Origin: Parcubacteria group bacterium
GTDB lineage: Bacteria > Patescibacteriota > Minisyncoccia > Phycocordibacterales > UBA2135
Length of the DNA stretch: 64,000 nucleotides
Direction: 5' to 3'
Assembly (NCBI GenBank): GCA_016180525.1
Contig: JACPBB010000001.1
Span: 75,320-139,319 of the forward strand
Within the stretch, counting starts at the first letter, position 1. Each line of letters starts with the position of its first letter. Positions 58,009-64,000 of the stretch are shown here, in pieces. The position numbers and the translations under genes are program-made. The notes beneath the pieces are model-generated. The model worked only from the letters and a program-made list of their open reading frames with translations. It had not been told where the DNA came from and did no database searches.

Positions 58009-60675
58009 TTGTTGACACAGAGGACGCACATGCGCCTTGTCTTTGTCCGTTTTTTGCTTTTTATTGTCAGGCTCCTGCTGCCCCTTCATTACAGAATACG
58101 GATAAAAAATATTGAGGCCGTTAAGAATTTCAAGGGCGGGCTTATCATGCCGGACCACGTAGCTCTCATTGACCCCGTCATTTTGATGAGTCATGTGTGG
58201 AGATATACGAAAGCACGCCCTGTTGCATACACGGGACAGTTTGTGCAGCACCAACATGTCATGAAACTGATACGCGCATTGCCTATGGATAGCACGAGCG
58301 ACGGAGCAAGCGCGTGGAAAGTCTGGAAAATTAACAAACAAAAAAAAGCTGTGCAAGAAGCGCTCGCCTCAGGAGAAAATATTCTTATTTACCCGTCTGG
58401 ACAACTACGGGTCGGAGAATTTGAATCACTCGGTGGAAAAACTGCCACATTTGAACTCATGAAACAGAATCCGAATGCGCCAATTCTTTTAGTGCGCATC
58501 AGAGGACTGCGTGAAAGTCTCTTGTCACGGTTTTTCACGGATGGAGTACAAGTTCCCTCTTCAAAACATATGCTCGCGCTCATAAAGAAAAACTGGTGGA
58601 AACTCCTCACGCGTCGCGTGGAAGTTTCCCTAGAGTGCGAGCGGTTTGATACAGCCCCCTCTTTCCGAAATGCGCGAGAATGCAATGAATGGCTTGAGAA
58701 ATGGTATCATCAAACACCTGACCCTCTCATTTCCGGACGCGATACCTGGAATGTCGGCGGGTTTTCGTACAATGCACGCATAAGCGAACATGATAATACC
58801 CCGATTGACCCTTCAATTGATAAGAAAGTGCGCACGCATATTGCAAACGAAGCGAATAAAAAACCGGGAGACATACATCTTGACCAAGAACTTGTGAAGG
58901 ACCTGGGATTTGATTCACTTACGACTGCAACATTTTATTTCTGGATTGAAGAGCAATTTGGCCGCACAGTAGATATGAATGTTCCACTCCACACCGTCCG
59001 CGACGTAGTACTTGCGGCCTCAGGAGTATTCGGAGAAATATCTACTAAAGATGACTCTCCAGTACCTCCCCGCTGGATTGAGCATGGCCGAAAAACGCCT
59101 CTCTATCCAATTGAAGTGGAAAATATTCCGGCTGCATTTTTAAGTACCTTGCGGAGAATGGGACGAGGACGGATTGCGATGGGAGATGAGCGTGCAGGAA
59201 TTCTTACCTACGGACAAACCCTGGAGCGAGCCCTTATGCTCTCCGACATTCTGCGAGAACTTCCGGGTGAGTGCGTTGGCATCATGCTTCCCGCATCAGT
59301 CGCCGCGACCATTACTGGGCTTGCGGTAATGCTTTCGGGAAAAGTGCCTGCATTTCTCAACTGGACAAACGGACAATCTCCGCTTGATGAATCAATCCGC
59401 CTTGCTGAAATAAAAACAATTCTCACCTCTGACGCGTTCCTTGATAAAGCACAAGTGATGCTCTCGAATGAAACCGCACAGATCATCCTGCCACTTGAGG
59501 AGATGCGAAAGCGTATCGGCCTCTCTTCGCTTTTAAAAGCAAAAATACGTTCACGTCTTCCCACTTCTCTATTGTTTAGAATTCTGGGCCTACATCTTTC
59601 AAAAAAAGATGATGCCGTAATTTTATTCACGAGTGGCTCTGAAAAAGCACCAAAAGGCGTGCGCCTCACTCACGGCAACATTCTTTCAAACATTGACGGG
59701 GCGCTTGAAGCAATTGAGAGTACGAAAGACGACGTCATGCTTGGATTTCTGCCCCCGTTTCACTCATTCGGGCTTACCCTCATTGCGATGCTCTGCCTTG
59801 TGGGCGGAGTAAAAACCGCATTTGACGCTGACCCCAAAAAATATCGTCGACTTGCAAGGCAGGCTCGTAAATGGAGAGCAACGCTTATTCCGGGCACGCC
59901 TGATTTTCTAAGCGGAATCATATCCGCCGGAACACCGGATGATTTTAAAACCGTGCGAGCGTTTCTTGCGGGAGCGCAGAAAACACCGCAGTCGCTTCGC
60001 GATCGCGCACAAGAGCTTAGCGGAGTGGTGCTTGAGGGATACGGCATCACCGAAACAGGGCCGCTTGTCGCGGTGAACAGATTAGATGAGCCGGCGGTAG
60101 GAGTTGGCAGGCCGATCAAAAACACACATATATGCATTGTTCATCCGGAAACAAAAACATTTTGTGCGCACGGAACAGAGGGGTTGATTTTGGTGCGAGG
60201 GCCAGGCGTATCCGTCGGATACCTTGGAGAAGTTCCGTTCCCAAAAATTTATGCCGAAAACAGATTGTGGTACAACACGGGCGATCTCGGAATGTTGAGC
60301 TCTCGCGGAGAACTGATAATTACCGGACGATTATCGCTCTTTCTAAAATCAGGCGGCGAAATGATAAGTATTCCTGCAGTTGAAGAAGCACTCATAACTC
60401 GCTGGCCTTCAAATGAAAATGGACCCGTGCTTACAGTGCACGGAGAAGAGCGAGAGGGTGAAACCGCCATTTTGTGCCTATATACGAAAGATGAAACAAT
60501 TACCTGCGATGACGCGAACAAAGTTTTGAAAGAAGCGGGATTTAATCCGCTTTCGTATGTGCGCGTACGATGCGTACTTCCGGAAATTCCCCTTCTTGGA
60601 ACCGGTAAGACAAATCGCCGCGCGCTGCCGAAACCAACGGAAGTCCTCAAACTACAGAAGCAGGAAATTGTGTAG
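58009..60675 (+). CDS. Tri-domain Aas-like enzyme: PlsC-type lysophospholipid acyltransferase + phosphopantetheine-binding carrier domain + acyl-AMP/acyl-ACP synthetase (ANL)
   Basis: H(X)4D box PDHVALIDP; carrier-protein motif LGFDSLT; AMP-binding motifs FTSGSEKAPKGV ... GYGITETG ... YNTGDLG ... GRLS..LKSGGE. Confidence 0.75.
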   Translation: MLTQRTHMRLVFVRFLLFIVRLLLPLHYRIRIKNIEAVKNFKGGLIMPDHVALIDPVILMSHVWRYTKARPVAYTGQFVQHQHVMKLIRALPMDSTSDGASAWKVWKINKQKKAVQEALASGENILIYPSGQLRVGEFESLGGKTATFELMKQNPNAPILLVRIRGLRESLLSRFFTDGVQVPSSKHMLALIKKNWWKLLTRRVEVSLECERFDTAPSFRNARECNEWLEKWYHQTPDPLISGRDTWNVGGFSYNARISEHDNTPIDPSIDKKVRTHIANEANKKPGDIHLDQELVKDLGFDSLTTATFYFWIEEQFGRTVDMNVPLHTVRDVVLAASGVFGEISTKDDSPVPPRWIEHGRKTPLYPIEVENIPAAFLSTLRRMGRGRIAMGDERAGILTYGQTLERALMLSDILRELPGECVGIMLPASVAATITGLAVMLSGKVPAFLNWTNGQSPLDESIRLAEIKTILTSDAFLDKAQVMLSNETAQIILPLEEMRKRIGLSSLLKAKIRSRLPTSLLFRILGLHLSKKDDAVILFTSGSEKAPKGVRLTHGNILSNIDGALEAIESTKDDVMLGFLPPFHSFGLTLIAMLCLVGGVKTAFDADPKKYRRLARQARKWRATLIPGTPDFLSGIISAGTPDDFKTVRAFLAGAQKTPQSLRDRAQELSGVVLEGYGITETGPLVAVNRLDEPAVGVGRPIKNTHICIVHPETKTFCAHGTEGLILVRGPGVSVGYLGEVPFPKIYAENRLWYNTGDLGMLSSRGELIITGRLSLFLKSGGEMISIPAVEEALITRWPSNENGPVLTVHGEEREGETAILCLYTKDETITCDDANKVLKEAGFNPLSYVRVRCVLPEIPLLGTGKTNRRALPKPTEVLKLQKQEIV

Positions 60676-60684
60676 CTTTTGTGC

Positions 60685-60712
60685 AAATCCCGACCAATGG
60701 TCGGGATTTTTT
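60685..60712. terminator. Intrinsic terminator TCCCGACC-aatg-GTCGGGA + T6 (near-identical to the one at 61861-61887)
   Basis: seen directly. Confidence 0.65.
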
Positions 60713-60785
60713 AAACCATTGACAAATCTTTTTTAATTAGTTATTATTTTACACAGAAAAACTAATTGAGAGGCGGGTTTACGCA

Positions 60786-61823
60786 ATGAGTCACGCGCAG
60801 AAAACTATTGATGTGCATTGTCATCTTCATCATTTTGGCGATGAAAAACACGGGTATGTTCATCCGCAGTTTATAAACGGAGTTCGTGCCCGTTATTTTA
60901 TGAGATCCATGGGTCTTATAACCGTTAAAGAAATGCTTGGTATGAAAAAGACAGACAAGGTACGTTTATCATATAAATATGCGCAACAACTAAAAGACAC
61001 GGCAGAAAATTCATCTCTAGACCATGTGGTAATACTTGCGCTCGACGGTGTCTATTCCGGCGGCATATCGTTTGATAAAGAGCAGACAACATTTTATGTT
61101 AGTAATGATCTGGTTTTTGAATTTATTGGTAATTCAAAAAAAATGAAATGTGGAGCTTCAATTAATCCAAGCCGCCCCGACTGGGAAGACGAGCTTGATA
61201 AAAGCGCCGAGCAGGGAGCGGTGCTCATTAAGTGGCTACCCTGTACTATGGGCTTTGACCCCTCTAATCCTCAATATATTCCATTCTATGAAAAACTGCT
61301 TCATTATAAACTGCCGCTTTTATCTCATGTTGGATTTGAATACGCCCTGAATAATATCAACCCACGCTTTTCTGACTTAGACCGATTGCAATTACCGCTC
61401 CAGATGGGAGTTACGATCATTGCCGCTCATTGCTGCGGCGGGCGTCCTTTTGTTGATAGCGAAAAAATGTTTCAGGAGATGAAAAAATATATGGAGCGCT
61501 ATCCAACACTGTATACTGATGTTTCTGCAATGGCTGTCGTAACCAGGAAGCATAGATTTAAAAAGTGCCTTGCTAACCCTATCATTAAGAAGCGGCTGAT
61601 ATACGGATCTGATTATCCTGTGCCCTATCAGTCCTGGGCATTTACTGCTGAGCTCAAGGATGCAAAGCTAGATATTCGCGATGTTCACAATTTTTTTGAC
61701 CGAGACATATTGATTAAAAAAGCATGTGGCCTTTCTCATGAACACCTTGCGGCGGGTACTGCACTTATGAGAATGCCCCCAGGACAACATGAACTATGTT
61801 CTCCAAAAGAAATCGTCCAGTAA
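60786..61823 (+). CDS. Amidohydrolase-2-type metal-dependent TIM-barrel hydrolase
   Basis: IDVHCHLHHF N-terminal metal-ligand motif, later HV/D motifs, GSDYPVP. Confidence 0.65.
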   Translation: MSHAQKTIDVHCHLHHFGDEKHGYVHPQFINGVRARYFMRSMGLITVKEMLGMKKTDKVRLSYKYAQQLKDTAENSSLDHVVILALDGVYSGGISFDKEQTTFYVSNDLVFEFIGNSKKMKCGASINPSRPDWEDELDKSAEQGAVLIKWLPCTMGFDPSNPQYIPFYEKLLHYKLPLLSHVGFEYALNNINPRFSDLDRLQLPLQMGVTIIAAHCCGGRPFVDSEKMFQEMKKYMERYPTLYTDVSAMAVVTRKHRFKKCLANPIIKKRLIYGSDYPVPYQSWAFTAELKDAKLDIRDVHNFFDRDILIKKACGLSHEHLAAGTALMRMPPGQHELCSPKEIVQ

Positions 61824-61974
61824 GGGATATCGTCCGTAGTCGTGAACGGTAGACGCTTTATATCCCGACCTTGTGTCGGGATTTTTTAATCTTCAGTTTT
61901 ACTTGACAAAAGATGGTTTTTATGCTTTTCTAAATCAAGATACCTCAACGACATTCCGAGAAGGAGCAGCATCC

Positions 61975-63492
61975 ATGAACGTGGGTTGTTTCCGCATTTT
62001 CGATCTGATCTTTAAATTTGGCGACTGGTTTTTAGCGCTCGTTGGGCACCATTACGCTGTTTTCCGCTGGTTTGTGAGATGGACACCAGCTCCGCTTATT
62101 CGTTATTCAAGCAGGCTTCGAGCATGGCGTGCGTACAAACACGCATCTCTTTTTGTACCCGCTTATAGAGAATTTTTAAAAGCCCGCGATTACTTACCGT
62201 GTGTAAAGCAATACGAACAGATTCCTGAAACCGATAAAGATAATTACATAAAAAAGTTTTCTACTGATGCGCGCTGTGTCAAGGGTGTGATTCCCTCTAC
62301 TAATATAGTCATAGACGAATCTTCCGGCAGTTCCGGCACGCCATATAATTGGGTGCGCTCGCTTGAAGAGCGGCGTGTAAGTCACTTACTTGTCAGCCAC
62401 TTCGCTCGTTTTTGCTTCGGTACACCATCCCGTCTCATCACCATCAACGCGTTCTCAATGGGCTCTTGGGCAACCGGGCTTAACATGGGACTCGCGCTTC
62501 AGAAGAATGGTCTTGTAAAAAATGTTGGGCCCGACATAGAGAAGATCCTTCACACGCTCCAATTCTTCGGCCCCTCCTATTCGTATCTTATCTGCGGGTA
62601 TCCCCCATTTCTCAAATACCTCATTGATGAAGCAGGCGCACGAAAGTTTCCACTTTCCGAATACGAGCTTTTAGGCCTCGTAGGCGGGGAAGGAATGTCG
62701 GAAGGACTGCGAGATTATCTCCTTGCGCGCTTTAAGAAGGTCTACAGCGGATATGGCGCAACTGACTTAGAAATCGGAATCGCCGGAGAATCGCCGATAT
62801 CGGTCGCTATACGCAGAGAGGCGCGAAACAATACCGCGCTGCGACACGCGCTATTTGGAGAAGATTCTCGCTTGCCGATGCTATTTCACTACAACCCCAT
62901 GATGCACCATATTGAGGTGAATGCAAACAAAGAACTAATTTTTACAATCACGCGCTTGAATGTATTATCTCCTCGTGTGAGATACAACATACATGACGAA
63001 GGCGGAGTTATGGATTTTGGTACCATGGTCTCAAAATGCAGAGACCAGGGGCTCGATCTTGCAGAGAAATTCGGTTCAGAATATGCTGCTATGCCACGCC
63101 TGCCATTCATGTGGATATATGGCCGTAAAGATTCAACCATCAGTGTCATGGGAGCAAACATTTATCCCGAAGACATTGAACAATGTCTCTATGCAGAGCC
63201 TGCGCTTGCGAAAATCACGAGGTCGTTCTGCATTGGACTCCACGAAGAGCAAAATCAGGAAGTGCGCCCATCTTTTTCATTCGAGATAGTGGGCAGCGAT
63301 ATTACAGAAAAACTCAAGGAGGAGTTTCAGCAGAAGATTCTTCGGCATCTCATCGCGCTTAACAAAGATTTCAAGGAGGCGTGGCACGAGCATAAAGCTA
63401 CGCTTATACCAACCATCAATTTGTGGCCCGAGCACGAGGGACCGTTCAAGCAAGACTCTAGCCGTATTAAACAAATTAGAGTGATAAAATAG
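61975..63492 (+). CDS. PaaK/F390-synthetase-like adenylate-forming enzyme (ANL superfamily; ORF extends 5' to 61873)
   Basis: IDESSGSSGTPYNW (SSGTTG-like P-loop of PaaK family), YGATD, C-terminal domain. Confidence 0.6.
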   Translation: MNVGCFRIFDLIFKFGDWFLALVGHHYAVFRWFVRWTPAPLIRYSSRLRAWRAYKHASLFVPAYREFLKARDYLPCVKQYEQIPETDKDNYIKKFSTDARCVKGVIPSTNIVIDESSGSSGTPYNWVRSLEERRVSHLLVSHFARFCFGTPSRLITINAFSMGSWATGLNMGLALQKNGLVKNVGPDIEKILHTLQFFGPSYSYLICGYPPFLKYLIDEAGARKFPLSEYELLGLVGGEGMSEGLRDYLLARFKKVYSGYGATDLEIGIAGESPISVAIRREARNNTALRHALFGEDSRLPMLFHYNPMMHHIEVNANKELIFTITRLNVLSPRVRYNIHDEGGVMDFGTMVSKCRDQGLDLAEKFGSEYAAMPRLPFMWIYGRKDSTISVMGANIYPEDIEQCLYAEPALAKITRSFCIGLHEEQNQEVRPSFSFEIVGSDITEKLKEEFQQKILRHLIALNKDFKEAWHEHKATLIPTINLWPEHEGPFKQDSSRIKQIRVIK

Positions 63493-63499
63493 AAAAAGT

Positions 63500-63528
63500 A
63501 CCCGTCTTAATTGGCGGGTTTTTTATTT
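63500..63528. terminator. Intrinsic terminator ACCCGTC-ttaattg-GCGGGT + T-run
   Basis: seen directly. Confidence 0.65.
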
Positions 63529-63690
63529 CTACCTAATATACAATTAAATTAAGGTACAAAAGCCTGAATTTTATTTACTCACCCCATTAGTATAAAACGC
63601 CTTTTTTGATATAATAAGAATATAGAAAACGTATTGCCAAGCAGACGCGTGAAGGACTGTCTGCTTTTTCAATGCTCTTTTCTTTCTTTT

Positions 63691-64000
63691 ATGGCAGGAG
63701 AAATACAAAACACAAGTAGAATTCCGATAACACTTTCAAGAACCTTGGGGGTCGGGCGCGTGACACTCCTTGGTATTGGAGCGCTTCTCGGCGGAGGAAT
63801 TTTTACATTGATCGGACACGCGGCCGGACTTTCTGGAGGTGGGCTCGTGATCGCAATTCTTTTAGGAGCGCTTATTTCATTTTTAAATTTGAACGCGTAT
63901 GTCTCGCTTGCGACAACGTTTCCGCAAGCTGGCGGGGGTTACACATGGGTAAAAACAGGGCTCGGAAACCTCCAGGGATTTTTAAGCGGATGGTTTTCGT
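63691..64000 (+). CDS. APC-family amino acid permease, N-terminal part (runs off the window end)
   Basis: MAGEIQNT...LGIGALLGGGIFTLIGHAAGLSGGGLV consensus of APC transporters TM1. Confidence 0.6.
   Translation, partial: MAGEIQNTSRIPITLSRTLGVGRVTLLGIGALLGGGIFTLIGHAAGLSGGGLVIAILLGALISFLNLNAYVSLATTFPQAGGGYTWVKTGLGNLQGFLSGWFS

Noticed and set aside
57925-58356. 143-aa minus-strand ORF
   Set aside because: Overlaps the N-terminal acyltransferase domain of the Aas-like gene on the opposite strand.
60685-61887. Two near-identical terminators (TCCCGACC…GTCGGGATTTTTT) after the Aas-like and amidohydrolase genes
   Set aside because: Probably ordinary terminator convergence or duplication. Noted, but not judged to be an independent element.
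1-64000. CRISPR arrays, rRNA genes, transposases/IS elements, integrases
   Set aside because: No array of regularly spaced identical repeats, no rRNA-like conserved blocks, and no DDE/tyrosine-recombinase-like ORFs were seen. The only mobile-element-like evidence is the 20-bp direct-repeat pair next to tRNA-Asn.

Overview
This 64-kb window reads as an AT-rich, gene-dense bacterial chromosome segment, mostly core genes on the minus strand with short intergenic spaces and many clean intrinsic terminators. A reduced-genome, Patescibacteria/CPR-like organism is my inference from composition and gene content only.

Core content, left to right:
- prfA (partial), rpmE, a coiled-coil/lytic-transglycosylase protein, rplY, a MazG-like NTP pyrophosphatase, a D-2-hydroxyacid dehydrogenase, class II aldolase and a PfkB kinase.
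- A dcw cluster in the order mraZ-rsmH-ftsL-ftsI-murF, with MraZ-box-like GTGG repeats upstream of mraZ.
- A GNAT acetyltransferase, an HrpA/B-like DEAH helicase, lysS and greA.
- An elongasome operon mreB-mreC-(mreD)-X-mrdA, where X is a 1047-aa PEP-synthase-like protein with two phosphohistidine mobile domains and a ~100-bp internal DNA duplication.
- proS, rseP, frr, a holB-like gene, a second mreB paralog, murA, a priA with degenerate ATPase motifs, def-fmt, hpf, a YggU-like protein and a glutaredoxin.

The accessory part starts at tRNA-Asn(GTT) near 41.7 kb:
- A ~7.1-kb block bounded by perfect 20-bp direct repeats carries a 924-aa PD-(D/E)xK-nuclease + P-loop NTPase protein, an orphan QueC-like PP-loop protein, a small ORF with ~60-bp repeats 5' of it and of TspO, TspO itself and hypothetical proteins. 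I regard this block as the best candidate for a novel defence or accessory system.
- Downstream are a BNR-repeat exoprotein, a GIY-YIG nuclease, a nucleoside 2-deoxyribosyltransferase-like protein and a secreted protein with a caspase-like (clan CD) His/Cys dyad.
- A string of small genes, each with its own terminator, includes a minimal nucleotidyltransferase and a duplicated promoter-proximal ~40-bp module.
- A fused acyltransferase-ACP-acyl-AMP-ligase (Aas-like) gene sits next to an amidohydrolase and a PaaK-like adenylating enzyme.

Other noteworthy items:
- A ~770-bp GC-rich, highly structured non-coding locus after def, with four intrinsic-terminator-like hairpins, which I could not assign to a known RNA family.
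- A stand-alone GC-rich promoter-ORF-terminator cassette between frr and holB.
- Two families of conserved intergenic palindromic elements.
- GATTTAA-type heptamer repeats, both intergenic and in-frame inside fmt.

I saw no CRISPR array, rRNA or transposase.
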